Positions 27,347 through 39,436 of a stretch of 64,000 nt of DNA are shown here, in pieces. The translations under genes were made by a program, and so were the position numbers. Below the pieces are notes generated by a model that saw only the letters and a list, made by a program, of their open reading frames with translations, was not told where the DNA came from and searched no databases. Origin of the DNA: Anaerococcus sp. GTDB lineage: Bacteria; Bacillota; Clostridia; Tissierellales; Peptoniphilaceae. Location of the stretch: assembly GCF_030825785.1 (NCBI RefSeq), contig NZ_JAPJPG010000001.1, positions 3,335 to 67,334 on the forward strand, read 5' to 3'. Position 1 is the first letter of the stretch. Every line of letters begins with the position of its first letter.

Positions 27347-27541
27347 GTCTATTAAAGTCAAGGGCACATATGCCTTTGGCTTTTTTGCTTGCAAATTTTT
27401 ATTATAGAAAAGTGTTTTGTTTTTATAATTTTTAAATATAAGCAAATTGATATCTCGTATTACTTTAATCTTAATTCGCTCCTACTTTCTACGATGATTA
27501 AGTATCCTACAAATAGGTTATAATCTATATAGGAGGCTTTT

Positions 27542-27796
27542 ATGAATATTTCTGATGAAAATCTATATACTATGTCTGAGGCTAATTCTAATTTTTCGAA
27601 AATAACTAGGGCAGCTGATGGAAACGGTTATGCTGCAATTATCAAAAATAGCAAGATATCTTATGTCCTACTCCCCTATGATAAGGTAAAGACAGAAGAA
27701 ATTCTAAGGGACGAGGATATGGAAGAAGTTGCGAGAAGACTTATTGAAAAGATAAAAGACGAATATAATATCCAGCTTAAACTAGATATTGAGTAA
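27542..27796 (+). CDS. Phd/YefM family antitoxin (no adjacent toxin)
   Basis: MSEANSNFSKITR.AD..G.A.IIKN...YVLL matches the Firmicutes Phd pattern (S.TEANQNFS.V.R..D..G.AVILKNN.P.Y). Confidence 0.75.
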   Translation: MNISDENLYTMSEANSNFSKITRAADGNGYAAIIKNSKISYVLLPYDKVKTEEILRDEDMEEVARRLIEKIKDEYNIQLKLDIE

Positions 27797-27841
27797 AGAA
27801 AAACAGGCAAGATTCTTAATTCTCGCCTGTTTTTCTTAAAC

Positions 27842-29161
27842 TTATTGAGCTTCGAAGTCTGCCTTAAATTGTGGTGCGAAAGCTTCAAGCTCTGCCTTAA
27901 CGTCTGCATTTGGATTTGAAAGTATACTTTCAAGTAAGCTTGCTACGTCGTTGTAGGCTTGTTGGCTTCCTGGAACAAGTGGTCTAGAGAATAACTTCTC
28001 ACTTGCATCATCTAGGATTGGAGCAATCTTAGAATCAGAAGATTTGTACTTATCATCTGTTACAGCAGATTTTCTAGCTGGCATGTAGCCTGTTGCTAGA
28101 GCGAAGTCGATTTGGCTATCCTTGCTAGATAGGTATTTGATATAATCAAAAGCTGCTTTCTTTTCTTCATCGCTTGCCTTATCAAACATATAGATATTTG
28201 TACCTTGTTGGAAGGCTTTTTCTGCTGGATAAGGAGCTGCTTCGTATTCGAACTTACCGTCTACTCCTTCTTTAACATAAACTTCACCAGCATTTGAACC
28301 AATGTAGGCTCCTGCTTGCTCGTTAGCAAATGGACCTGACATATATTGGTCTGTTCCAGCGATTCTGAAGTAACCTTCTTTAATTCCTTCTAGATAATAC
28401 TCAACTGCTTCTACGGACTCAGGTCCAGCTACATCTAGATCTTTATCAAAATCTATGCCCTTGTTTTTAAGATAAGTGATGTAGAAGTTTGATAGAGAGT
28501 CGAAACCAACTCCTGGTATTCCTTTTTCTTCGTAGATTTTCTTTGATACTTCCTTAAGCTCTTCGTAGTTTGTTGGAACCATAAGTCCTAGTTCATCGAA
28601 GAGGTCTTTGTTGTACCAAAATACTTCTGTTGACTTGTTAAATGGAAGTCCTTCGATCTTGCCATCATGTTCGATTTCATCCCTTATACCTGGGAATATG
28701 TCATCGTAATCGTCCATACCATCTTTTACATAATCTGTAAGATTTGCTATCATATCAGCATCTTTGAATTGAAGCATCCAGTCAGGATAAGCTTGAGTTA
28801 TTGTTGGAAGCTCCTTTGGTGATTGCATTGATGCAACGAGGATTTGGTTTAAGTCTCCGTATTTTCCTTGGCCTTGAAGAGTTACCTTGATATTTGGGTT
28901 TTCTTCTTCAAATTTCTTAGTCAAATCTTCAAGAGCTTCGCCTTGGCCTCCACCCATAGCATGCCAGAATACTATTTCTGTTTCACCTTCTGACTTATCT
29001 TCTTCTTTTCCTTCTTCCTTCTTGTCATCTTTAGCTTGATCAGCACTTTCTTCAACCTTGCTGTCTGCCTTTTCTTCACTTGCTTCTTCATTAGATCCGC
29101 ATGCTGTGAATACTCCTAGTGACAAAACTAGAGCCATTAACAACGATAATTTCTTTTTCAT
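27842..29161 (-). CDS. Carbohydrate ABC transporter substrate-binding lipoprotein (UgpB-like)
   Basis: Lipobox FTAC, IVFWHAM, GLPFNKSTE, TGYMP. Start reassigned to MKKK (29161). Confidence 0.88.
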   Translation of the reverse strand: MKKKLSLLMALVLSLGVFTACGSNEEASEEKADSKVEESADQAKDDKKEEGKEEDKSEGETEIVFWHAMGGGQGEALEDLTKKFEEENPNIKVTLQGQGKYGDLNQILVASMQSPKELPTITQAYPDWMLQFKDADMIANLTDYVKDGMDDYDDIFPGIRDEIEHDGKIEGLPFNKSTEVFWYNKDLFDELGLMVPTNYEELKEVSKKIYEEKGIPGVGFDSLSNFYITYLKNKGIDFDKDLDVAGPESVEAVEYYLEGIKEGYFRIAGTDQYMSGPFANEQAGAYIGSNAGEVYVKEGVDGKFEYEAAPYPAEKAFQQGTNIYMFDKASDEEKKAAFDYIKYLSSKDSQIDFALATGYMPARKSAVTDDKYKSSDSKIAPILDDASEKLFSRPLVPGSQQAYNDVASLLESILSNPNADVKAELEAFAPQFKADFEAQ

Positions 29162-29210
29162 AAAATCTCCTTTGTTATATTTTCCTTCACTAATATTATA
29201 TACCCTTTTT

Positions 29211-30029
29211 CTATCTTTTGATACCCCCGTAGGAAACACCGCTTAAGATTTGTTTTCTAAAGAGGAAATATAATATTAAAATTGGCATTATAGTAATAGT
29301 ACTTGCTGCCATTTGAAGGTGAATTAACTGGCCTGCTTCAGTAGCGAAGGCTGATAGACCATTTGATATAAGTCGCATCTCTGTGGTATTTGTAACAAGG
29401 ATTGGCCACAAGAAGGAGTTCCATCCTGTAATAAAGTTTAAGAGCCCTATGGTAAAGAGATTTGACTTGCTCATAGGAATCATTACTTTTCTAATAAACT
29501 CAAAGTCACTTGCCCCATCGACCTTAGCTGCCTTGTAGAAATCCATCGGAATAGATTTGAGAAATTCCTTTAAGTAAAAGATATAAAATACTGATGCCAA
29601 AAAAGGAATTATAAGGGCAGTATAAGTATCTATGAGTCCTAATCTTGCAATTGTTGAAAAGTTAGTAAAGATTATAATCTCAAAAGGAATCATTAGGAGC
29701 GATAGCATGAAGGCTTCTAGGAGTTTTTTGTATTTGAAATTACAAAAATTTAGGGCAAAGGCCGCAAGGGTTGTAGTTATCAAAGTAACTATGGTATTGG
29801 TCAAAGATACAAAAACTGTATTTAGAAAATACCTCCCAAAAGGAGCAACCTTCATAGCCTCGATGTAATTTGAAAATATTGGCTTTTGTGGAAGAAGCTT
29901 AGGCGGAATGCTCGTTACTTCTTGAAAGCTCATTAGCGATGATGAAATCATATAAAGAAATGGAAATACTGTAATAATCGCCATGATTACAACAAAAATA
30001 TATCCAATTATTCTTAAAACTTTTTGCAT
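29211..30029 (-). CDS. Carbohydrate ABC transporter permease
   Basis: AAKVDGA loop, WNSFLWP. Confidence 0.9.
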   Translation of the reverse strand: MQKVLRIIGYIFVVIMAIITVFPFLYMISSSLMSFQEVTSIPPKLLPQKPIFSNYIEAMKVAPFGRYFLNTVFVSLTNTIVTLITTTLAAFALNFCNFKYKKLLEAFMLSLLMIPFEIIIFTNFSTIARLGLIDTYTALIIPFLASVFYIFYLKEFLKSIPMDFYKAAKVDGASDFEFIRKVMIPMSKSNLFTIGLLNFITGWNSFLWPILVTNTTEMRLISNGLSAFATEAGQLIHLQMAASTITIMPILILYFLFRKQILSGVSYGGIKR

Positions 30030-30910
30030 TATTTTGCCAACCTTTCTATTGCCTTCTTCTGTAAGAAAGTAAGTAAGAGGAGGAATAAGAATAAAATCAC
30101 TCCTGCAGCCATAGCCTGACCGTATCTGTATTCCACATAGAACTTGTTGTAGATATAAAATACCGCAGTTACAAGTCTATTGCCGACACCTGCCCTGCCA
30201 TTAAAGAGGGCAAAGATTGAATTGTAGACCTTAAAGGCTGTGATAAAACTTGTCAAAAACAAGAAGGTAATGATTGACTTAAGCTGTGGGAGGGTGATCT
30301 TCCTAAATTGCTCCCAGCTACTTGCTCCAAACATCTCAGCAACCTTGTAATAATTTTTATCAATTGACCTAAGACCTGCGAGTATTACTATAATATTAAA
30401 GGCCAAGGCGTTCCATACACCAAAAATTATAAGGGCTGTCATATTATAATCAGGATCATTTAGAAAGTCTATCGGTGCAAGACCAACAAAGCCTAGGACA
30501 TAATTGATAAAACCGTATTGGCCGTGGAATAAATATCTAAACACAATACCTATAGCTATAACGCTGGTTAGGTAAGGGATAAAGAACAAGGTCTCGAAGA
30601 ACTTACCTCCCTTGATATTGGTATTTAGGACTAGGGCTATAAGCATAGATATAATTATTGATAAGGGAACAACTGTTACCGCATATATTAAGGTGTTTAT
30701 CATAGCCCTCTTAAATAGAGGGTCTTTTAATACAATCGGAAAATTTGAAAGGCCTACAAAGCTAGGTGCGAGTATGTTGTTATTTTGCATACTCATCACA
30801 AAGGTCCTAAACAAAGGATAGACAGAAAATACAAGGATAGATATAAGGGCTGGGGCCAGGTATAGCCAAGCCTTGTTGTTTTTTTCCGCAGAATACTTAA
30901 GCTTTTTCAT
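30029..30910 (-). CDS. Carbohydrate ABC transporter permease
   Basis: FFIPYLTS, EMFGA..W..F..ITLP, YGQAMA. Confidence 0.9.
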   Translation of the reverse strand: MKKLKYSAEKNNKAWLYLAPALISILVFSVYPLFRTFVMSMQNNNILAPSFVGLSNFPIVLKDPLFKRAMINTLIYAVTVVPLSIIISMLIALVLNTNIKGGKFFETLFFIPYLTSVIAIGIVFRYLFHGQYGFINYVLGFVGLAPIDFLNDPDYNMTALIIFGVWNALAFNIIVILAGLRSIDKNYYKVAEMFGASSWEQFRKITLPQLKSIITFLFLTSFITAFKVYNSIFALFNGRAGVGNRLVTAVFYIYNKFYVEYRYGQAMAAGVILFLFLLLLTFLQKKAIERLAK

Positions 30911-31980
30911 TAGTAAACCCTACTTCCGTCTTCTTCAAAAATATAAATTGATGGATAGTCTATAGATATTCCTATCTCATCGCCCGCTTTAATCTTAAGC
31001 TTGCTATCTACTATCATCTTAGAAGATATATTATCTAGGTCAAAGTGAAGGATCATATATCTTCCTATCATCTCTATAGAATCAACCCTTACCCTAATAT
31101 CACTATGATCATCAAGGATAAAGTGCTCTGGCCTAATGCCTACTAGATAGTCTCCATCATTTAACTCTTTTTTAAATCTTTCTTTCTCGAAATCCTCTAG
31201 CTTAAGCTTTAGGTCAGAAGAAATTAGCTTATCATCCTTCTTTTCAAATTCAAAAATATTTATAATAGGATTTCCTATAAATTTCGCAACAAAGAGATTT
31301 GCTGGGTTGAGGTAGAGATTTTGTGGCTTATCATATTGTTGGATAACTCCCTTATCCATCAAGGCTATATAATCAGATATGGAAAGAGCCTCTTCCTGGT
31401 CATGAGTTACAAAAATCGTAGTCACGCCAACTTCCTTGACTATATTTCTAATCTCTTCTCTGATAGAAAGCCTAAGTCTTGCATCTAGGTTACTTAAAGG
31501 CTCATCTAGTAGAAGAGTCTTTGGATTTTGGATAAGGGCACGTGCTATAGCCACCCTTTGTTGTTGACCACCTGAGATTTGTCCAGGCTTTTTATCTTTT
31601 ATCTCTCCAATATAGGCGAGATCCATGTATTTTTGGGCAATCTTGATTGCTTCTTGCTTTTTTACTTTCTTATCTCCAACTGTAAGTGGGAAGATAATAT
31701 TTTCTAGAACGGTCATGTGAGGATATAGGGCGTAGTTTTGAAAAACCATGCCTATATCACGGTCTTTGGGGTGTTTGTTTATTACACTTTCCCCATCGAA
31801 CTTGATATCTCCCTTAGTTGGGTCAAGGATTCCTGCTATTATGTTTAGTATAGTAGACTTACCGCAGCCAGAAGGTCCTAGAAGAGTAACCAAGGCTCCA
31901 TCTTCTATATCTAAGTCGATAGACTTTAAGGCCTCGTAACCATTTTCATAAACTTTGTTTAGATTCTCAATATTAATCAT
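30910..31980 (-). CDS. Carbohydrate ABC transporter ATPase
   Basis: GPSGCGKST, VFQNYALYPHM, SGGQQQR, LDEPLSNLDA. Confidence 0.93.
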   Translation of the reverse strand: MINIENLNKVYENGYEALKSIDLDIEDGALVTLLGPSGCGKSTILNIIAGILDPTKGDIKFDGESVINKHPKDRDIGMVFQNYALYPHMTVLENIIFPLTVGDKKVKKQEAIKIAQKYMDLAYIGEIKDKKPGQISGGQQQRVAIARALIQNPKTLLLDEPLSNLDARLRLSIREEIRNIVKEVGVTTIFVTHDQEEALSISDYIALMDKGVIQQYDKPQNLYLNPANLFVAKFIGNPIINIFEFEKKDDKLISSDLKLKLEDFEKERFKKELNDGDYLVGIRPEHFILDDHSDIRVRVDSIEMIGRYMILHFDLDNISSKMIVDSKLKIKAGDEIGISIDYPSIYIFEEDGSRVY

Positions 31981-31996
31981 AATACCTCTTTAATAA

Positions 31997-32320
31997 TTAT
32001 TCCAAGGGAAAGGCCAATAAGATTATAAGCATAGCAAGCATCAGACCTATTCCAATTAGGGTAAACCGATCTTCTTGTTTCTTTAGGGCTAGAATTACCA
32101 AGGCTATCGATAAGAAAAATAGGAATAGATAAATCTGTATAAAAATCCCCTCGTCAAATTTTCTGTAAACTAACATCATTATCACTACAGCCGCAAGCAA
32201 AAGTATCACCGAAATAATGATTTTGCTCTTCTTATTTTCCATAATCGAATTAAGAAAGCTTATAGCAGCAATAACCATAAGCAAGGGCCATAATAGATAA
32301 TCAAAAAATAAATTTATCAT
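31997..32320 (-). CDS. Small integral membrane protein (about 4 TM)
   Basis: Hydrophobic ORF with RBS GAGG. Confidence 0.65.
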   Translation of the reverse strand: MINLFFDYLLWPLLMVIAAISFLNSIMENKKSKIIISVILLLAAVVIMMLVYRKFDEGIFIQIYLFLFFLSIALVILALKKQEDRFTLIGIGLMLAMLIILLAFPLE

Positions 32321-32451
32321 AATACCTCTGTCTATAATTATATCATAAGTAAAATTATATTTGATAGTATTTTCCTTAATTTAATATGATAATTTCCGAA
32401 TTTCACAAAAAAATACCAAGCAAAGACCTAAACTCTTGCTTGGTAACTTAA

Positions 32452-32877
32452 TTATTCCACTGGCTTTAACAAGTCAGACTTGATGTAGCCTGCTTGGCCA
32501 TTTACCGATACTCTTGACCAGCCGTCTTTTTCTAATAGCACTAGGATCTCATCTCCAGGATGAGCCTCTCCTACTATTTCAGAATCTGTTGTTGGGTCAA
32601 GTCTTATATTTACAATATCTTCTACTTGGTAATCTACTCCAGCCATCACATTCGAAGACCCATCTTTTTCTGTTTCATCTTTTAGAGTCTCGCCCTGGTC
32701 ATTTACTTCAGTATTTTCTTCTTCAGTATCTTCTTCTCTATTTGTATCTTCAGCCTTTTGACTAACTTGGCTTTCTTCATTTGCTTCTGGATGACGCTTA
32801 GATTCGTAAGTGTCATTAGCACATGAAGCCATAACAAGGCTTAAGGCTAATATCATAAGTACTTTAATCTTTTTCAT
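32452..32877 (-). CDS. Lipoprotein with C-terminal bacterial SH3 domain
   Basis: Lipobox MASC. VNIRLDP....IVG....GD......GWSRV...G..GYIKS..L. Confidence 0.85.
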   Translation of the reverse strand: MKKIKVLMILALSLVMASCANDTYESKRHPEANEESQVSQKAEDTNREEDTEEENTEVNDQGETLKDETEKDGSSNVMAGVDYQVEDIVNIRLDPTTDSEIVGEAHPGDEILVLLEKDGWSRVSVNGQAGYIKSDLLKPVE

Positions 32878-33536
32878 TAATCTTCTCCAAACATTTCTTT
32901 AACTTCGGTTTCGCTGTGGATGTAGTTGGTTAAAACTATACCTAGGATTTCTGCATTTACATTTTCAAGTTGTTTTATAGACTCTCCGTATAGGTCATTG
33001 TCCTTGTTGGCAAAGGTAGTAAATACTAGGACCTTATCGCAAAGAGCAAGGAACATATTGGCTTCTGGTATATCCTTGTTTGCAGTTGTATTTACAAAGA
33101 TATAATCGAATGAATCTCTTAGGCTTTCTATGAAGTTTTTGATCTCTGATGGTTCTAGGAACTCATCTGCATAATCAGAAACCTTGCCCGAATACATCAG
33201 GTAGATATTGTCGAACTTTTCGTCGAATTTGATAAGGTCGTCTTTTGGATAACCTCCAAGTACTCCATCGATAAAGCCCCTTTCCTCATTCATATCAGTC
33301 AAATCTTCTAGGGCAGGTTCCCTTAGATTGGCATCGATTATTAGGATCCTATCTCCTCCTTCAGCCAGATGTTTGGCCATTATATAAATATTTAGGTCCT
33401 GGTCGGTGTGGTTTGTTGTAGATGTAAATCCTATAAGCCTATCGTCATTGTCGAGATTTTTTATTATCTCATCTTCAAGATCGTAAAAGGCTTGAAGAGC
33501 TATTTCTTTTTTCTCTTCGTCTTTTTTCCTAAACAT
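32877..33536 (-). CDS. CpsD/CapB-like BY-kinase homolog with degenerate catalytic motifs
   Basis: LIGFTS, LAEGGDRILIIDANLREP, LRDSFDYIFV, LENVNAEILGIVL. Walker A GK is missing. Confidence 0.75.
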   Translation of the reverse strand: MFRKKDEEKKEIALQAFYDLEDEIIKNLDNDDRLIGFTSTTNHTDQDLNIYIMAKHLAEGGDRILIIDANLREPALEDLTDMNEERGFIDGVLGGYPKDDLIKFDEKFDNIYLMYSGKVSDYADEFLEPSEIKNFIESLRDSFDYIFVNTTANKDIPEANMFLALCDKVLVFTTFANKDNDLYGESIKQLENVNAEILGIVLTNYIHSETEVKEMFGED

Positions 33537-34461
33537 CTAATTCTCCTTTACTATATGGGGCAAGCTTACCAATTATTGGATAATCCTTCTTTGTAGTATC
33601 CTTATTAGACCTATTTTGTTTATTGATTCCATAAATGATCTCATCTTGGTCTATTATTGTAGTTTCACCGAAATCTTCTTCATCGACATTTATTGGATCA
33701 ATTTTTTGTGTACCTGTAAAGTCTCTATCATCATCGTTATCGTCATCATTATAGGCATAGGATGAATAGTCTTCTTCTTTCTTAAAACTTACTCTTCCGT
33801 CTTTTACTTCTCTTTTGGAATCAGAAGTAATTTTCCCATAATCATCTTCATAAGTTTCGTAATCTTCAAGGTCTTCTTCAAGCTCTTCTACTTTTTGTGC
33901 CTTAGCTAGAAGGATCTTGTTATTAAAAGAGTTTACCCTAATCATTCCTATAAGAGTCGCTAGGACAAATACTCCAAGTCCTACAATAGATGCGTAAGTT
34001 TTGCCATTGTTTATCCTGCCTGCAGATCGGTAGGAGTATTCCATAACTTGGGCATCTGTTCCGTAAATATTTCCTATAACTCTAACAGCAAGGTCTGCGT
34101 ATTCATCTGCTATGTCTTCTGCCCTTAGCTTGTTTGTATCTGTAACTACAATATCTACTACAGATGAGCCTTCTATAGGCTCTATGCTAAGTTTTGCATC
34201 GAGCATTCCCAAAGACATATCTATTCCTAGGTTGTCCAGTACTGTATTTTTAATCTTATTTGAGTTAATAGTGGCTGCGTAGGTACTTGCATCTCCTGCA
34301 TTCTCATTTACATCCTCAATATCTGTAGTTATAATCTTACTTTTTGCCCTATATTCATTAAAACCTGAATAGCTTAGGGCGAAGTAGAATATAACTGCTG
34401 CTAGTATTCCACAGATTAGTCCTACTGGAATTGCACTAAATAGCGATCTTTTTTCTTTCAT
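33529..34461 (-). CDS. Wzz/CpsC-like polysaccharide co-polymerase with a long acidic cytoplasmic tail
   Basis: Two TM segments flank YRAKSKI / TYAATINS..I / A..IA. Adjacent to the CpsD-like gene. Start reassigned to MKEK (RBS GGAGG). Confidence 0.7.
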   Translation of the reverse strand: MKEKRSLFSAIPVGLICGILAAVIFYFALSYSGFNEYRAKSKIITTDIEDVNENAGDASTYAATINSNKIKNTVLDNLGIDMSLGMLDAKLSIEPIEGSSVVDIVVTDTNKLRAEDIADEYADLAVRVIGNIYGTDAQVMEYSYRSAGRINNGKTYASIVGLGVFVLATLIGMIRVNSFNNKILLAKAQKVEELEEDLEDYETYEDDYGKITSDSKREVKDGRVSFKKEEDYSSYAYNDDDNDDDRDFTGTQKIDPINVDEEDFGETTIIDQDEIIYGINKQNRSNKDTTKKDYPIIGKLAPYSKGELDV

Positions 34462-34462
34462 T

Positions 34463-35242
34463 TTAACCTCCAAAATCCTTAGCGCCTTCAATCATCAACC
34501 GCCTTGCTTTTCTTATGCCTAATTCTCCTACCTTATCAGGATAGTTTCTAACAAAATATTCTATATAAAACCTATACATTCTTGGAAAAAGTGCCTTGGA
34601 AAGTTTTCCCTTATCATAAAAGAACTTCTCGTCAAAGCCTGTAAACCAAGTCGAATCGTCATTGTAGATTTTCGCTATAAGTTTAGTAGAAGTCCTCACT
34701 CTTAGCTTATTTCTAATGCAATCTGCGATAAAGATCGAATCTTCACCCGCACCATTTCCAGTTCCTGCTCCAAAATATGTGGACAATAATATATTTTTCT
34801 CAAGGATTTTCTCTCGCTTAAAAGCGAAATGAACTGATCCATATCTTAAAGCATTGTAGATCTTTAGGTCTTTTTCTTCCTTGACCTTGATAGTCTCAGC
34901 TCCATCCTTATAAATTATGGTCTTCATCACAAAAAAGTCTACATCAGGATGTTCGATAAAGGCTTCCTTGATTTTTCTTTCGTAATCATCTTCTAAGACT
35001 TCATCGTCATCACAAAATAAGACGACATCTGCCCTAGAATTTAAAATAGCGAGATTTCTCGACCTACCAAGTCCCCTCGTATCAGTCGATATCATCCTTA
35101 CTCTAAAGCCATCTTCCTCGACTTCCTCGTAGGAATTATGATCTGTTTGGTTGATAATTAAGCAGTCCGTACTTAAGTTAAATCTCTTATAAAAACTAAT
35201 ATCGCATACATTCATAGCAGAAATCAAAACTTCTATATTCAT
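34463..35242 (-). CDS. Glycosyltransferase family 2
   Basis: RGLGRSRN.AI, FCDDD, GEDSIF. Start reassigned to MNIEV. Confidence 0.88.
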   Translation of the reverse strand: MNIEVLISAMNVCDISFYKRFNLSTDCLIINQTDHNSYEEVEEDGFRVRMISTDTRGLGRSRNLAILNSRADVVLFCDDDEVLEDDYERKIKEAFIEHPDVDFFVMKTIIYKDGAETIKVKEEKDLKIYNALRYGSVHFAFKREKILEKNILLSTYFGAGTGNGAGEDSIFIADCIRNKLRVRTSTKLIAKIYNDDSTWFTGFDEKFFYDKGKLSKALFPRMYRFYIEYFVRNYPDKVGELGIRKARRLMIEGAKDFGG

Positions 35243-35243
35243 A

Positions 35244-36386
35244 TTACCTCGTACTTTCTGCCTTTTCCCAAGTGGCCTTACTCTTACCTGTAAGCTCGTT
35301 TTTTGCTCCGAGTATTTGGGCAAGCATCATCATAGAATAATATCTTGGAAAATAGACGATTTTTTTCTTAGACTTGCTTGCCTGACCCAAAGCGGCAAGA
35401 ATTATAAAGACTATCTGGCCTAGAAGGATTATCTTGTAGATAAATCCTTGTCTAATAAGAAATATATTACTTATAAATAATACTATATGAAAGAAAGCCT
35501 GCAAGAATCTCAAGGTTTTGTGGTTGAAATGGAAGAAGGAAAACCAACCGTATTCGAAAATATTTAGCCTTCTAAGATTGGTCCTAATATTTGTAAGAAT
35601 CCTTCTTTGCATCCTGACCTTTCTCTTAAACTCATCTCTTGTAGTAGATCCTGCCTTCTCAAAAGCTAGGGCATCCTCATTATAAAGGGCCCTCTTGCCG
35701 TTAAGAGCTGCGTGAAGGGGCATTTCGTAATCGTGAGAGCTTACTAAGTTATAATTCCTATAGTCCTTCTTCCTACAAGCATAAATTGCACCATTTCCTG
35801 CAGCTATTGTTTTAATATTTGACTCGATTTTTCTCATAGTAAGTTCCATATTCCAATAGGTATTCTCCGCTACAACCGAAGCTGTCTCATCTTCCTTGTA
35901 GATAAGAGACCCGCAGACATATTCTATATCGTCTGAAGTAAAATATGAAACAAGCTCACTTATGGCATCTTCCTTAAAGATCGAATTTGCATCAGAAAAG
36001 ACTAAAATCTCTCCCTTGGCGACCTCTACCGCCTCGTCCTGGGCGTTGGTCTTGCCTAAATGATTTCTTACGGTATTTACTCTAATATCAAAGTCCGGAT
36101 GACTTTTTATAAAATTTTCACTAAGCTCCACAGTCTTGTCATTTGAGGCATCATTTGCAATAATAACTTCAAAATCTGGATAGTCAGTTTTTATAATATT
36201 ATTGAGCTTCTTCTCAATGACTTTCTCCTCGTTATAGGCTGAGATAATCACAGAAACTTTGGGCTTGTATGTGTAATCTTTAGCGTTCTTCCTTTTTATA
36301 ATTTTATCTAATAACAAAAGTGTCAATGGGTAGCCTATCATAGGATAGAATATTGCAAAGGCCGACACCCAAAATATTATTTTCAT
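35244..36386 (-). CDS. Membrane GT2 glycosyltransferase (processive/IcaA-like fold)
   Basis: VSVIISAYNEE, DASND, GKTNA, FSDAN, N- and C-terminal TM segments. Start reassigned to MKIIF. Confidence 0.88.
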   Translation of the reverse strand: MKIIFWVSAFAIFYPMIGYPLTLLLLDKIIKRKNAKDYTYKPKVSVIISAYNEEKVIEKKLNNIIKTDYPDFEVIIANDASNDKTVELSENFIKSHPDFDIRVNTVRNHLGKTNAQDEAVEVAKGEILVFSDANSIFKEDAISELVSYFTSDDIEYVCGSLIYKEDETASVVAENTYWNMELTMRKIESNIKTIAAGNGAIYACRKKDYRNYNLVSSHDYEMPLHAALNGKRALYNEDALAFEKAGSTTRDEFKRKVRMQRRILTNIRTNLRRLNIFEYGWFSFFHFNHKTLRFLQAFFHIVLFISNIFLIRQGFIYKIILLGQIVFIILAALGQASKSKKKIVYFPRYYSMMMLAQILGAKNELTGKSKATWEKAESTR

Positions 36387-36522
36387 AAGCACTCTCCTTA
36401 GCTTATTATATAACATTCATTATACTGTAAGCAAATCGAGATTGCCCTTTTTCAAGCTTTTTTTGTAAGAGCTTGTAAAAATTATCACTAGGGATAAACT
36501 AATAGGTAGGAAAGGATACATT

Positions 36523-37701
36523 ATGACTATAGAATTAGACATTATACAGACTCTAGGAATTGGTATGATTGCCTATATTATTGGAGTCTTAATCAAAAAT
36601 AAATTTGAATTTTTTAGAAAATTTTTCATTCCATCTCCTGTAATAGGAGGTCTTATTATTAGCCTTGTGATATTTATAATCAAGGAAAGGGCCGAGATCG
36701 ACTTTAAATTCGACGGAACCCTCCAAGACTTCTTTATGAATATCTTTTTTGCATCCATAGGCCTTGCCGCATCCTTTAAAAGTTTGAAAAAGGCGGGAGT
36801 GATTGGCCTTAAGCTTGCAATCGTAATAATCCTCCTCTTACCCTTACAAAATGTAATCTCTGTAGGAATTTCCCTCATCCTGGGCATAAATCCACTCCAC
36901 GGTGTGGCTATGGGATCGACTTCAATGACTGGAGGAATAGGATCTGCCATATCTTTTGGAAAAATCATGGAGGCTAAGGGAGCAGTGGGAAGCACCTCCA
37001 TAGGGGTAGCAGCGGCGACCTTCGGACTTTTGGTTGGAAGCCTGGTAGGAGGACCTGTCGCAAAAAGACTAATAAAAAGTCACTCGCTTAGGTCAAAGGG
37101 TGCCTTGTACGAATCAAAAGATAACAATATTAGAAGAATAATAAATCAATCTTCCTTGATGAAGGCCATAATACTCATAAGTCTGTCAGCCTTCTTGGGA
37201 ACTTTTATAAACAAAATCCTTGCCCTAACTTCCCTAAGCTTTCCCTACTATGTAGGCTGCCAATTCGGAGGTCTAATCGTAAGAAACATCTACGACCTAC
37301 TAGGAAAAGACGTGGACCTTACTAATGTAAATATAGTAGGAAATATTTCCCTCAACCTCTTCCTATCCCTTGCCCTAATCAACCTAAATATTTCGGCAAT
37401 AATAGGCCTTGCAGGACCTATGTTTGTAATCTTAATCTCCCAAGCGATTTTTATAGGAGTCTATACAAGCCTTGTGACATACAGATTTTGTGGCAAAGAC
37501 TACGATGCTGCAGTAATGGCAGCTGGTCATTGCGGAGTAGGCCTTGGACAGACACCAAATGCCATGGCAAATATGGAAGCAGTTATAGAAGAAAAGGGCC
37601 CAGCAGATATAGCAATGTTCGTATTTCCCATAGTCCTAGCAGTTGCAGTAAATCTCTTCAACCCTCTAGTCATTACATTTTTTATAGATTTATTGGCATA
37701 G
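36523..37701 (+). CDS. gltS: Sodium/glutamate symporter
   Basis: FIPSPVIGG, AAATFGL..G.LVGGP, KDYDAAVM..GHCG.GLG.TPNAMANM. Confidence 0.9.
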   Translation: MTIELDIIQTLGIGMIAYIIGVLIKNKFEFFRKFFIPSPVIGGLIISLVIFIIKERAEIDFKFDGTLQDFFMNIFFASIGLAASFKSLKKAGVIGLKLAIVIILLLPLQNVISVGISLILGINPLHGVAMGSTSMTGGIGSAISFGKIMEAKGAVGSTSIGVAAATFGLLVGSLVGGPVAKRLIKSHSLRSKGALYESKDNNIRRIINQSSLMKAIILISLSAFLGTFINKILALTSLSFPYYVGCQFGGLIVRNIYDLLGKDVDLTNVNIVGNISLNLFLSLALINLNISAIIGLAGPMFVILISQAIFIGVYTSLVTYRFCGKDYDAAVMAAGHCGVGLGQTPNAMANMEAVIEEKGPADIAMFVFPIVLAVAVNLFNPLVITFFIDLLA

Positions 37702-37732
37702 GAAAGGCGGTCGATAAGACCGCCACATTTGT

Positions 37733-39400
<1,668 letters not shown>

Positions 39401-39436
39401 TCATTTTAGTCTTTTTCTAATATCTAACAAATATTT

